Source: an uncultured Acidobacteriota bacterium (GTDB lineage: Bacteria; Acidobacteriota; UBA6911). From it: a stretch of DNA of 64,000 bases. The notes under the pieces are model-generated. The model saw only the letters and a program-made list of their open reading frames with translations. It ran no database searches and was not told the DNA's origin. The stretch's first letter is position 1. Each line of letters begins with the position of its first letter. Shown here piece after piece: positions 1 through 8,862 of this stretch. The position numbers and the translations under genes are program-made. The DNA lies in contig CAZYXB010000002.1 of assembly GCA_964651155.1 (NCBI GenBank), forward strand, positions 377 through 64,376. Direction: 5' to 3'.

Positions 1-154
1 GAGCGTGTACGATTTCATGTGCCTTCATTTCCAGCGGACGCAACACCGTCAAGGCAATAACGCAGGCAGGCAACTGGCAACGGATCTTTCCATCCGTCCG
101 GTGACAGAAAGGATTCAACCGGACGTTGTGATTGGACTTGCCGCCCCGAAACTG

Positions 155-881
155 TTACCCGACACCGTACCGATCCAAGGACAGCTGGACGATTTCCTCT
201 GTTGCCCAGTCTTGATTGCCCGAGACCATGAGATTCTTTCCAGAAAGAGCTTCGGATTTTCCGACCTGGTAGCGGTCCTTCCGAAAGCTCATGTCGGCGG
301 CTTTGCGCTGGCCGGCGAACTCCAACACGTAATACTGCGATCCGATGTGGATCGTTTCACATGCTCTATGATAGCGCTCCCGGATCGTTTCCGGTGACCG
401 CCAATGAGGACGGTTTCCCCGGTAATAGCGCCGGAATTTGACGAGAACCGCATGGAGCGAATCCGGTTTCCGCTGCAACGTGTACGGCTGTTTCCGTGCC
501 GTGCGCGGATGGTATGTCACGGCAACAGTCCTCTCCTGATTCCATATCCCCATACGGGTACGGAAAGCCGGTCATGCGATCCTGTCCGCGCTCGTCCTCG
601 AGCAGCCGACGGTTTTTCTCGATGTCCAAGGGGGCAAACGTACCCTTGTCGGTCCCGGCGAGTTCCTCCGCGAAGTGCGTCGAGCAGGTCGTGATGAAGT
701 GGATCCGGCTGTGATCGTCAATCGCCTGGATGGCCTTCCCACTGTTCATCCCCTTATCAAACATTATTGTCAAACGCTGTTTGCTATGGCTGAAACCGCA
801 CAGGACGCCGAACAACTCACCGGTCACCCGGCGGGACAGGCACCGGAGTATTCCGGCTACGGTCACGATGCCGTCAAGCAT
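155..881 (-). mobile_element. IS1595-family (ISXO2-like) transposase remnant, frameshifted: two overlapping minus-strand ORFs (366..881 and 155..553) in different frames
   Basis: The C-terminal ORF carries ...YYRGN(27 aa)YVLEFAGQRKAADMSFRKDRY, matching the ISXO2-like C-terminal signature (..YVRGD..HHVSxKHLQRYLDEFAFRYNRRxMSDxERF). The upstream ORF has TIMFDKG...LDIEKNRRLL, resembling the second D and the E of the DDE block. The two ORFs overlap out of frame over 366..553, so this is a pseudogene. Confidence 0.35.
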
Positions 882-1019
882 CTGCTTTTATCCCAGAGAA
901 CGCCGCCACAGAACATCATCCCGCTGGATCCGGATTTCATGCCCGGCATAATCGATCGGGGGATTGCCAGTGGCGGCCTCAATCGCCAGGACGCTCTTCT
1001 GACGGGAGGTGCGCTATGA
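675..1019 (+). pseudogene. Possible IS21-family istA C-terminal fragment (assigned by position only)
   Basis: The ORF ends 10 nt inside the following istB-like ORF, which is the typical istA/istB overlap. Sequence similarity to IstA is weak. It overlaps the minus-strand IS1595 remnant. Confidence 0.2.
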
Positions 1020-1440
1020 ACCGACCCGGCGCCCGGGTGCTTCTGAACGGCCATCCGAAGCTTTTGAGACTCCCATCCATGCTACGGCAATACCCGGAAT
1101 GCGCCCTTCAGGCGCGCGAAGCAAAAGAAAGCCACGAGAGCTTTCTCCGGAACCTGACCGGGAACTGGAGCAGCGGCAGGCCAATCAGCTGAAACGGCGG
1201 CTGCAGGGTGCAAAGTTTCCGACACTGAAAACGCTGGAAGCGACAGACCTGAATCAATGGCCCGATTCCGCTCCCGAGCTCAACCCGCGCCCGTCATGCA
1301 TTCAACCTGAATTCTGCCGGTTTCTGAACGTTCCCGGAATACCCCCTGGAATACGTCCGCTCTGCCCGCCGTCAAGCAGGAGTGTCGAACTCATTGCGGC
1401 TGGGGCCGCAAAAGGAGTGGGACGAGCTATCTGCACTTGA
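1009..1440 (+). pseudogene. IS21-family IstB helper ATPase, N-terminal fragment only (truncated; no Walker A/B region)
   Basis: ELEQRQANQLKRRLQGAKFPTLKTLEATDLNQWP matches the IstB N-terminal motif (..RLQRRLKAAKFPxLKTLEDFDFxFQP). The sequence diverges after ~90 aa and runs into the AT-rich region, so the element is decayed. Confidence 0.45.
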
Positions 1441-1856
1441 GCCGACGGGTAGACAATAGTACCGTCGGGAATCCTTACAACTCAAGAATCCGGTCTGCCG
1501 TTCCGCAAGTTCACGCATGTCAGCGTTTAATCGAATCATGAAATATAGTTGCAGAAATCTGTGTCAAGCCCTTTTACACTATCGACGCTGCGGCGGTTGG
1601 CCCGGCCATGGAAAGCCTCGAGAGAACTGTTATCGTAATTATTTGCATACATAGACTTTATCGCCACATCCATAAAAGAATTACTCACCTAATGAATCAT
1701 TGGTCGAGACATTGCTTGATCTTAGGGCGGGTCGGAGACTCTCTATGGTTTCCTCTCATTGATTTCGCAGGCATCCGTGCCCGGCGGCGATAATACGTTC
1801 TGCCCGATGTCACTGCGGGGAAACAGACATAACTTGAATTATGGGGGTGAGGAAAA
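1441..1856 (+). promoter_or_regulatory. AT-rich (~42% GC) intergenic/promoter region upstream of the PEP-CTERM gene
   Basis: Marked GC drop relative to the ~70% flanks. Contains TTGAAT/GATAAT-like hexamers and a GGGGTGAGGA Shine-Dalgarno just before the ATG at 1857. Confidence 0.35.
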
Positions 1857-2672
1857 ATGAGTGCAAGGACACGTTTCATGACAATTTGCCTGGCGGCAGT
1901 TTCCTTCATGGTTGTGTTCCCTTTGTCCGGGAATGCAGACATCGTCGGGGAAGCAACCATCTTGAATACGGGCGAAAACTACAGTACTACCGGCGGTTAC
2001 TATTGGAACTATCCGCTTGGTTACGTGACGTGGACTGGTGCCGTCTACGACGGGGCGGGACCCTCCACTGGTTACAACACCTGGTCTCTCAATTACACCG
2101 CGAGCATTAACGGCGGCCCTTCTGATTGGGATGTCTATTGCACCGAGGTGCAAATGGACAATCCCGCCACAACGACGTCCTACACGCTGCTCTCGATCGA
2201 CGGCACGCTTGATAATTTCGGGCTGGATGCCGAGGCGTACATTGCTTCGGCGTGGCTTGCCGATAATCATGGCTACACCTCCGGGGGAGACCCAAGCCAA
2301 TCCGACAAAGCATTGGCGCAGCTTGTCATGTGGGAAATTATCCAAGATGGGCTCGATCAATTCGATCTGTATGGCGGGTCTTTCAGGAGTGCGGACAGGA
2401 CTGATTGGAATAATGGCGCCGGAACCAACTATAACGCCCCCGCGTTGGATATGTATAACGCCATGGTAGCAGCGACAGACGACCTGACTACATTTTCCGG
2501 GATCGGCGATTGGGTTCTCGCTGTCAATCCGACAATCGAGGCAGGGCAAAACGTTGAAATCGCCTATGCCCAGAATTACCTTATCCATAACCCCATCCCC
2601 GAGCCGAGCACGCTGGTGCTGGTGGGCCTGGGTCTGTGCGGACTGCTGGTGATGCGGAAACGCCGGTCCTAA
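1857..2672 (+). CDS. PEP-CTERM sorting-domain protein (exosortase substrate), secreted
   Basis: N-terminal signal peptide (MSARTRFMTICLAAVSFMVVFPLSGNA). C-terminus ..IPEPSTLVLVGLGLCGLLVMRKRRS is a PEP motif, a TM helix and a basic tail. Strong RBS. Coding GC ~52%, well below the window average. Confidence 0.85.
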   Translation: MSARTRFMTICLAAVSFMVVFPLSGNADIVGEATILNTGENYSTTGGYYWNYPLGYVTWTGAVYDGAGPSTGYNTWSLNYTASINGGPSDWDVYCTEVQMDNPATTTSYTLLSIDGTLDNFGLDAEAYIASAWLADNHGYTSGGDPSQSDKALAQLVMWEIIQDGLDQFDLYGGSFRSADRTDWNNGAGTNYNAPALDMYNAMVAATDDLTTFSGIGDWVLAVNPTIEAGQNVEIAYAQNYLIHNPIPEPSTLVLVGLGLCGLLVMRKRRS

Positions 2673-2682
2673 CGAAAATCAA

Positions 2683-2715
2683 GGGGCCGGCCGATTCGGC
2701 CCGGCCCCTTCCTTT
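2683..2715 (+). terminator. Putative intrinsic terminator downstream of the PEP-CTERM gene
   Basis: GC-rich hairpin GGGGCCGGCCGA-TTC-GGCCCGGCCCC 11 nt after the stop codon, followed by a T-rich TTCCTTTG. Confidence 0.45.
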
Positions 2716-3294
2716 GCCGCCTCTTCCACCCGTCGGCCGTATGCCCTCTCCGGGCCGAAGTCCACAGCCGGGGCAAAGTCGCGCAATAGCCGGAGGATCC
2801 TCGGGAGGGCCCTGCCCTGTACGGAGGCGCACGCGGCGTCTGCGGGGAAGACAAGATCCCCCTCGCATGGAACACGGGCATCCCAGACGGCGCGGGAAAT
2901 CGAGTACGCCCGGTCCAGGCGCGACCCGGCATTATGATACCCCTCGCCGGGAGGGAACGGGATTTTGGATGCCCCGGGCCCCTCTGCCTGCTTCATGCCC
3001 CTATGGATCGAGATATACACCCTCCGGAAGTCCCTCCCGAGTCAAAGAGAACGCGCCTCCCGTTTTCCGATCAAGGCCCGCCCGGGCGCTCCGGCACCCG
3101 GCCCGTCCGGGAATGCGGGGGGCTCCCCGGGGGCCATCATACCCGAAAACCCGGCGCCCGGGCGCGCAATCCGTTGGGGGTCCCGTTTCGGGCGGCACCT
3201 GGTGTACAATAAGGCGTTCCGGCCCGGCCGGTTGCTGTCGCCAACATTCGTCAGTCCAGGGGCCCGATCCCCGGGCCCCGGCGGGGGTGCGCCC

Positions 3295-5427
3295 ATGAGA
3301 CCGAACCTGATACTGTGCCTATGCCTGCTGTGCGGGATCCCGGGAGCCCGTGCCGGGGCGACCCTGACGGAAATCCGCACGGCATCGAGCGATGTCCTGG
3401 TGGCCCTGCTCGCCGGGGATACGGCCGACGTCGACGCGGTCGACACCCGGGACGCGTCCCGGTGGACCGTCAACGGGGAGCCGGCCCGGGAGATCACCCG
3501 GTACGCCACCGCGGCCGATCCCATGACCCACCACGTCTACCTGAGGACGTCGGGGCTCGAGGAAGGGAAGACCTACCGGGTGGAGACGCCCTACGGGGGG
3601 ATGGCGGCCGTTTTCCGCGAGAGGGACATGTTCTGCGAGGCGATCAAAACCAACCAGTCGGGCTACAGCGCGCGTTCCCGGGTGCGCTACGCGAACTTCG
3701 CCGTCTGGCTCGGCACCGGGGGGGCGGAGCCGATACGGGGGCAACTGCCCGCCTATGAAGTGTTCGAAACGGCCACGGGCCGGACCGTTGCGTCGGGGAC
3801 GCTCGAGGAAACCGGCCGCGACGAGGGCTCGGGCGATTACGTCTACCGGATCGACCTGGAGGGCGTGCCCGAGGGGGGGCCGTACAAGATCGCGGTGCGG
3901 GGCTGCGGCAGCTCCCATCCCTTCGGCGTGGGGGGGGCGTTCTCCCGGAGGCTCGCCTACACCCTTTTCCGGGCCCAGTACCTGCAGCGGTGCGGGTGCC
4001 CCATCCACGATCCCGACATACGGCCGCTCCCCTGCCACACGCGCGTCTACGACGTCGACGGCCCGATCGGCGAGGCCAACATCGATGTATCGGGCAGCGA
4101 GCGCGTGCTCGTCGTCCACGGCGGATACCACGATGCCGGGGACGCGGACCGCCGCGCCTACCACATGGCCAACCCGGCCATCAACCTGATGATCTACGAG
4201 GCGTTCCCGGAGTATTTCACCGACAACCAGTATGACATCCCCGGCGATTTCGACGACCGGTACGGGATCGTCAACTACGCCAACGGCGTCCCGGACATCC
4301 TCGACGAGGCCGCGTGGGGGGCCCTGGTATGGGAGCACCTGCAGAACGAGGACGGGAGCGTTCATTTCGGGACGGAAACCCGGGGATACCCCGAGCCGTT
4401 CGCCGCGCCGATGGACCGGGACGACAAGAAATACGGCACGGTGCGCATCGACAGCCGGGCGACCGCGACGGCCGCCGGTCTGTTCCTGCACCTGGCCCGC
4501 GCCCTGGCCCCGTACGACGAGGTCCGGAGCGCGGAGCTGGCCCGGCGGGCCGACCGGGCCATGGCGTTCGAGCGGGAGACCGTGGCCGCCCCCGAACGGC
4601 TCTACTACCACATCCAGCGGTACCTGCTGTTGGGCGACGAGGCCGACCACCGGGCCGTCCGGGAGCTCTACGGCATCGCCGCCGGGCTCAAAAACAACCT
4701 CTACCTCACCCCGGGGTACTCGCTCAATGACGACCGGTTCGACAACCCCGCCTACATCCTCTCCTACATCGTGGAGACGAAGGTCCCGGTCGACCCGGCC
4801 ATCGCCGCCTTCTTCAAGGATGCGATCCTGGAGGCGGCCGACGCCGCCATCGCCGAATTGCGCCGCCGCGCCTACCCCGTGGGCAACAACCCCGCCGGCA
4901 CGGCCTGGGGCCACAACGTGCGCCAGCCGCAGTACGCGGCCGCCCCCATGCTGGCCTGGAGGCTCACAGGGGAGCAGGGGTATTTCGACGCGGCCTCGGA
5001 GCTGATGGACTACAAGACGGGCCTGAACCCCCTGGGCATCAGCTACATCACCGGCCTCGGGTTCTACGGGGTCCGGAACGTGCACGACCGCGAAAGCGCC
5101 TTCATGGCCTCCCGCGGCCTGGGGCCGAAGCCCGGCATCACCGTCTTCGGCCCGGGCGTGACCGGGTGGACCCGGGGCATCCGCGTCGTCCCCCCCGTCG
5201 AGAGCCTGCCCAAGGAGCGGCAGTACGCCGACGACAGGGAGATCATCTCCTTCAACGAGTTCACGATTTTCGAGACCATGCACTACGACGCGCTCTACAC
5301 GGTCCTGGCCGGCGGCGGCAAATGGGACGGGAAGGATCCTTTCCGGCAGGCGGGGGATGGGGCGCCCGGGGCGGGGGCGCCCGGGGCGGGGGTCCCCGGG
5401 GCGGGGGCGCTCAGTACGCCTTTTTGA
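3295..5427 (+). CDS. Glycoside hydrolase family 9 (endoglucanase-like) with N-terminal Ig-like (CelD_N-type) domain and signal peptide
   Basis: Signal peptide MRPNLILCLCLLCGIPGARA. GH9 signatures are present: HGGYHDAGDADRRAYH..INLMIYE (GGWYDAGDHxKY), YITGLGFYGVRNVHDR, and DDREIISFNEFTIFE (DxRxxYxxNEVA). The C-terminal tail is GAPGAGAPGAGVPGAGA. Start refined to the in-frame ATG at 3295. Confidence 0.75.
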   Translation: MRPNLILCLCLLCGIPGARAGATLTEIRTASSDVLVALLAGDTADVDAVDTRDASRWTVNGEPAREITRYATAADPMTHHVYLRTSGLEEGKTYRVETPYGGMAAVFRERDMFCEAIKTNQSGYSARSRVRYANFAVWLGTGGAEPIRGQLPAYEVFETATGRTVASGTLEETGRDEGSGDYVYRIDLEGVPEGGPYKIAVRGCGSSHPFGVGGAFSRRLAYTLFRAQYLQRCGCPIHDPDIRPLPCHTRVYDVDGPIGEANIDVSGSERVLVVHGGYHDAGDADRRAYHMANPAINLMIYEAFPEYFTDNQYDIPGDFDDRYGIVNYANGVPDILDEAAWGALVWEHLQNEDGSVHFGTETRGYPEPFAAPMDRDDKKYGTVRIDSRATATAAGLFLHLARALAPYDEVRSAELARRADRAMAFERETVAAPERLYYHIQRYLLLGDEADHRAVRELYGIAAGLKNNLYLTPGYSLNDDRFDNPAYILSYIVETKVPVDPAIAAFFKDAILEAADAAIAELRRRAYPVGNNPAGTAWGHNVRQPQYAAAPMLAWRLTGEQGYFDAASELMDYKTGLNPLGISYITGLGFYGVRNVHDRESAFMASRGLGPKPGITVFGPGVTGWTRGIRVVPPVESLPKERQYADDREIISFNEFTIFETMHYDALYTVLAGGGKWDGKDPFRQAGDGAPGAGAPGAGVPGAGALSTPF

Positions 5428-7783
5428 TTTCAACCCCCCGGTAGTAGGTCTCGAGGATCTCCCGGTAGCTCTTCCCGGCCTTGGCCATCCCGTAGGCGCC
5501 CACCTGGCACAGCCCGACCCCGTGCCCGTAGCCGCGCCCGTGGAAGGTGAAGGACGCGACGGCGCCGTCGGGCGTCTTTTGCCGCTCGATCGTGTAGAGC
5601 GTGTCGCGGAGCCCCAGCGCCCCCCGGAGCCTGTAGCCGTTGACCACGGCCGAGGACCGGCTGCCCACGACGCGGACCTCGACGACACGCCCGGAATTGC
5701 CCAGGCGCGCTGGTTCGATGTCCTCCAGTTCCCCGATGTCGCCGGCCAGGGCACGCAGCTTTTCCCCGGCGTCCTTGCGCGCAAGGGTCGCTTCCCAGGT
5801 CGCCACGGGGGAGTAGCGGTCGCTTGCGGCCCCGGACGGGTTGAGCTCGACCTCCAGAAAATCGATGGCACCGTCCTGGTCGACGTGAAATGCGGCCTTC
5901 TCGTTTCCGATGACCCGGACGGCCTCCACGGGGATCCTCCTGCCGGCCTCGCTGCGGAACACGGCCAGGTTCGGGGCCAGGCGGAACGTGCGCGCGCTAT
6001 GGCCCCAGCGGATCTCGATCTCCGCGGCCGACGCGCCGGACGGCTCCGCGGCCGCCGCGGAGAATACGCCCTGGCGGAGGACGTCGGGCTTTTGGGATTC
6101 CGCCCAGCGGAGCACCAGCAGCAGCGCCTCGCCCCTGCGGATGGGGTCGTGCGGGCGGGCGGTGTTGTCCGGGAAGGGGCGCCACAGGTTTTTCTGCATC
6201 AGGAAGGCCAGCGCCGGGCGCGCCGTTTCGGGGACCTCGGGCCCGTCGGCGAGGTTGCCGGAGTAGTAGGCCGCGTCCGCCGGGGAAATCCTGCGGCGGA
6301 TCTCGTCGGGGCCGAACAGATGCTCCGCGGCCGATTGCAGGAAGGCGATGCGGGTGACCGGCGAAGCGCCGCCGGGCGGGCCGCCGGGCGGGCCCCCGCG
6401 GGGGTCGATGATCCTCTGAGCCCTGCCGATCAGGCCGGCTGCCTCCCCGCCGTCGAGGGGGCCGTCCAGGTCGGCGGCCGACAGGGGGGCTCCGGCGATG
6501 CCGAGGACCCGGGCCAGTTCCAGGTCCCGGTTGGCCAGGCTCCCGTCGTCGGCGTACACCGGGGCGTTCAGGCTGTGGCGCCCGGGGATGGTCGCGCCGT
6601 CGGCGGCGCCACCATCGACGGCGCAGGCGACGCTGACCAGGTAGGGGACCGGGGGGCCGCCGTACACATTGGCGAAATCCTCCGTCCGCCCCCCGCACGT
6701 CGACGTGTACATGGCGTCGATCAGCTCGCCGTCGTAGTAGACGGCCAGGCCGGCCGTGCGGCGCACGGCCTCGTCGGTGGCCTCCCTTTCGGCGGCCACG
6801 CCGCCGTAGACCTGGGTCCTGGTGTCGTTGGTCAGGTCGAATCCCTGGGACTCGTATCGGCCCATGTGCCTGAGCGCGTAGGTCCTCGCGGCGATCGACT
6901 GCGCCGCGAGCGCGTCAAATTCCGGGTAGGTGGCCGGGCTCATCTCGGCGGGGACGACGCCGGGGAGGTACTCCTCCATCCGGAGGCGGTTGACGACGGT
7001 GACGCGGTTGTTGCCGCCGGGCCGCACGTCGAGGAGCCCGCGGTAGGCCTTCCCGTCCAGGGTCAGGAATCCGGAACCCGAGGGGGGCAGGAAAAGGAAT
7101 CCGGAGCCGCCGACCATGAAGAGCCCGTCCTCTCCCCGGAGCGCCAGGGCCGGCCGGCCGGTGCCGCCCGGGCGGGCATCCTCGACGATGAACGCGTCCG
7201 GATACCCGTTGCCGGCCAGGGTGTCCCGCAGCCGCGCGGCCTCATCCCTGGTCTCGAACTCCCCCACCCGTACCCGGTGCGAGGTGGCGTCGGAGTTCTC
7301 GCGCAGAACGGCCGGCACCCCGAGGGCCTTCTCGAGTTCCGCCCGGATCCTTTCGGCCGACTCCCGGCTCCTGGACGAGAGGACCTGGACGCGGTGGCAG
7401 GGCCCGGCCGGTCCGGTTCCCGGCCCGCGCTCGAAACGGATGCGCACCGATCCCCGCACCGCCTTTCTTTCGGCCTCCGGGACGTTTTCCATGAGGTAAT
7501 ACTCGCCGCCGGAGGCGATGACGACCTCCGCGGCATCGGTGACGAGGCCGATGCGGATCCACGGCCCCAGGGCGCTGTCGGGCGTCGCGCCGACGGCCTT
7601 GTCGACGCCCGGCTCCCGCGCCGCCCCAGGCCCCGGCGCCGCTCCAGGCCGGGCGCGTTCCGTCCCGGCCTGGGGCGGCGGTTTCGGGGGCTCGACCCGG
7701 GCCCTGGGTTTTCCGCAGGCGCACATCAACAGGGTGGCCGCCGAGAGCAGGATGACCGTCAGCTGTGGGTGTCGCGTGAGCAT
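5411..7783 (-). CDS. SpoIID/LytB-domain protein with N-terminal lipoprotein-like signal and SPOR domain
   Basis: Ends ..GRGYGHGVGLCQVGAYGMAKAGKSYREILETYYRGVEIKKAY, the SpoIID C-terminal signature. Core SpoIID motifs present (AAQSIAARTYAL..MYTSTCGGRTE). SPOR-like segment SSRSRESAERIRAELEKALGVPAVLRENSD..RVRVGEFETRDEAARL. Start set at MLTRHPQLTVILLSAATLLMCACG; the 5' part of the long ORF upstream is a GC artefact. Confidence 0.7.
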   Translation of the reverse strand: MLTRHPQLTVILLSAATLLMCACGKPRARVEPPKPPPQAGTERARPGAAPGPGAAREPGVDKAVGATPDSALGPWIRIGLVTDAAEVVIASGGEYYLMENVPEAERKAVRGSVRIRFERGPGTGPAGPCHRVQVLSSRSRESAERIRAELEKALGVPAVLRENSDATSHRVRVGEFETRDEAARLRDTLAGNGYPDAFIVEDARPGGTGRPALALRGEDGLFMVGGSGFLFLPPSGSGFLTLDGKAYRGLLDVRPGGNNRVTVVNRLRMEEYLPGVVPAEMSPATYPEFDALAAQSIAARTYALRHMGRYESQGFDLTNDTRTQVYGGVAAEREATDEAVRRTAGLAVYYDGELIDAMYTSTCGGRTEDFANVYGGPPVPYLVSVACAVDGGAADGATIPGRHSLNAPVYADDGSLANRDLELARVLGIAGAPLSAADLDGPLDGGEAAGLIGRAQRIIDPRGGPPGGPPGGASPVTRIAFLQSAAEHLFGPDEIRRRISPADAAYYSGNLADGPEVPETARPALAFLMQKNLWRPFPDNTARPHDPIRRGEALLLVLRWAESQKPDVLRQGVFSAAAAEPSGASAAEIEIRWGHSARTFRLAPNLAVFRSEAGRRIPVEAVRVIGNEKAAFHVDQDGAIDFLEVELNPSGAASDRYSPVATWEATLARKDAGEKLRALAGDIGELEDIEPARLGNSGRVVEVRVVGSRSSAVVNGYRLRGALGLRDTLYTIERQKTPDGAVASFTFHGRGYGHGVGLCQVGAYGMAKAGKSYREILETYYRGVEIKKAY

Positions 7784-7842
7784 TGTCCTGAACCTTTTGT
7801 GATGCGGAGGCCCCGGTGCCGCCGGGACCGCCTGAGCGCGCT

Positions 7843-8817
7843 TCATCGGGGGTCGGGGATGAATATGTATTTCACGCCGATGTGCTTCCCCGGGAAACCT
7901 TCCGGCAGCGGCGGGAAGGGATCGGACTGGATGATGGCGTTCAGCGCCGTCATGTTCAGCGAATTGTTGCCGGACGAATCGACGATGCGGGCATCGAAGT
8001 TGTTCCCCTCCCGGTCGATGTAAAAAATGATGGTCGTGTACCCGTTCGACTCGCGGAGGTTCGAGGGGATGTACCAGTTGCTGGTCACCCGCTGCCGGAT
8101 GCGGCTGGCGTATTCGTCGAGCGGGAAGCCCCGGTGGTCGAATATGCCGCTCCCGCTCCCGCGGATCGCCTGGTCCATGGTGTCGAATGTGCGGATGCCC
8201 TCCTCCTCGGCCGCGGGGGGCGCGACGGGGATCCGCGCGGGGGCCGTATCGAGCGCGAGCGCCTCCTCCCCGGGCGGGGGCCCCTCCAGGGGGGTGACGG
8301 CTTCGGCGGCGGGTTCCGGCTCCGGGACGGCGGGGGCCGACTCCCCTTCTCCCGGCCGGGACCCGGTTCCCGGAACCTCGGCCAGGTCCGAGGCGTCTTC
8401 GGACCCCGCCGGAGTCTCCGGCGCGGCTTCGGCGGTCAGCCGCACATCCACGTCCGGGGCGTCTTCCTGCCCGCTCCCCCAGCGCACCTCGGTTCTCCGG
8501 GTGTCCGCGTTCCGTTCCGGCGGGTTGTCCCAGTCGTATATCAGGCCCCGGAGCACGTCGTACGGGGGGAGCTCCATCGGCCGGAGAACCGCGACGGTCC
8601 GGTACTCCCCGTCGTCGGGGGCGTCGGGGGATTCCGAGTATTCGGGGAAGAGGATCAGCCCGCGGAAATGGGGATACATCCCCCCCCGGAACAACCAGGG
8701 GTTTTCCACCAGCACGACCACCAGCAGCAGGTGGAGGACGCAGCTGGCCGCGACGGAGACGCAAAAACGCCCCGTCGGCCGCCTTCTCCGGTTGGTGGAC
8801 AGTGCAAAATCAAACAT
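7843..8817 (-). CDS. TonB family energy transducer (N-terminal TM anchor, Pro/Glu-rich linker, TonB_C domain)
   Basis: N-terminal TM VSVAASCVLHLLLVVVLV; PEPEPAAE-rich spacer. C-terminus YASRIRQRVTSNWYIP..GYTTIIFYIDREGNNFDARIVDSSGNNSLNMTALNAI..FPPLP fits the TonB C-terminal fold pattern. Confidence 0.65.
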   Translation of the reverse strand: MFDFALSTNRRRRPTGRFCVSVAASCVLHLLLVVVLVENPWLFRGGMYPHFRGLILFPEYSESPDAPDDGEYRTVAVLRPMELPPYDVLRGLIYDWDNPPERNADTRRTEVRWGSGQEDAPDVDVRLTAEAAPETPAGSEDASDLAEVPGTGSRPGEGESAPAVPEPEPAAEAVTPLEGPPPGEEALALDTAPARIPVAPPAAEEEGIRTFDTMDQAIRGSGSGIFDHRGFPLDEYASRIRQRVTSNWYIPSNLRESNGYTTIIFYIDREGNNFDARIVDSSGNNSLNMTALNAIIQSDPFPPLPEGFPGKHIGVKYIFIPDPR

Positions 8818-8862
8818 CCTCGTGCTCCGGGTCGTTTCCTCCCGTCCGTAGTGGTACAGGGG

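Noticed and set aside
155-553. Possible IS200/IS605 TnpA or REP-associated tyrosine transposase (RAYT).
   Set aside because: No HuH (His-hydrophobic-His) motif is present. The C-terminal ..YVLEFAGQRKAADMSFRKDRY instead matches the IS1595/ISXO2-type transposase terminus, so it was reassigned.
1608-1793. 61-codon ORF in the AT-rich region upstream of the PEP-CTERM gene, a possible small protein or toxin near the IS remnants.
   Set aside because: No RBS and no recognisable motif. AT-rich DNA gives such ORFs by chance, and the region reads better as promoter/UTR of the PEP-CTERM gene.
2673-3294. Several 60-220-codon ORFs in both strands of the 620-bp GC-rich spacer between the PEP-CTERM gene and the GH9 gene.
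   Set aside because: All are overlapping, low-complexity (P/G/R-rich) and lack RBSs. The region is more likely the GH9 promoter/5'-UTR. A structured RNA cannot be excluded, but no conserved element was recognised.
3319-5871. 850-aa minus-strand ORF antisense to the GH9 gene. Similar giant antisense ORFs occur at 5357..8023 (+), 13460..15433 (+), 15584..17818 (+), 18864..21521 (-), 18983..21718 (+) and 58161..60107 (-).
   Set aside because: Their translations are Arg/Pro/Gly/Ala-dominated low-complexity sequences with no motifs. They lie entirely antisense to well-supported genes. Long spurious ORFs are expected at ~70% GC because stop codons are rare.
7784-8764. 5' extension of the SpoIID ORF, which the ORF track reports as 1117 aa starting at 8764.
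   Set aside because: The extension is R/P/G-rich and overlaps the well-supported TonB gene on the same strand in another frame. A bona fide lipoprotein-type signal peptide (MLTRHPQLTVILLSAATLLMCACG) marks the real start at about 7783.
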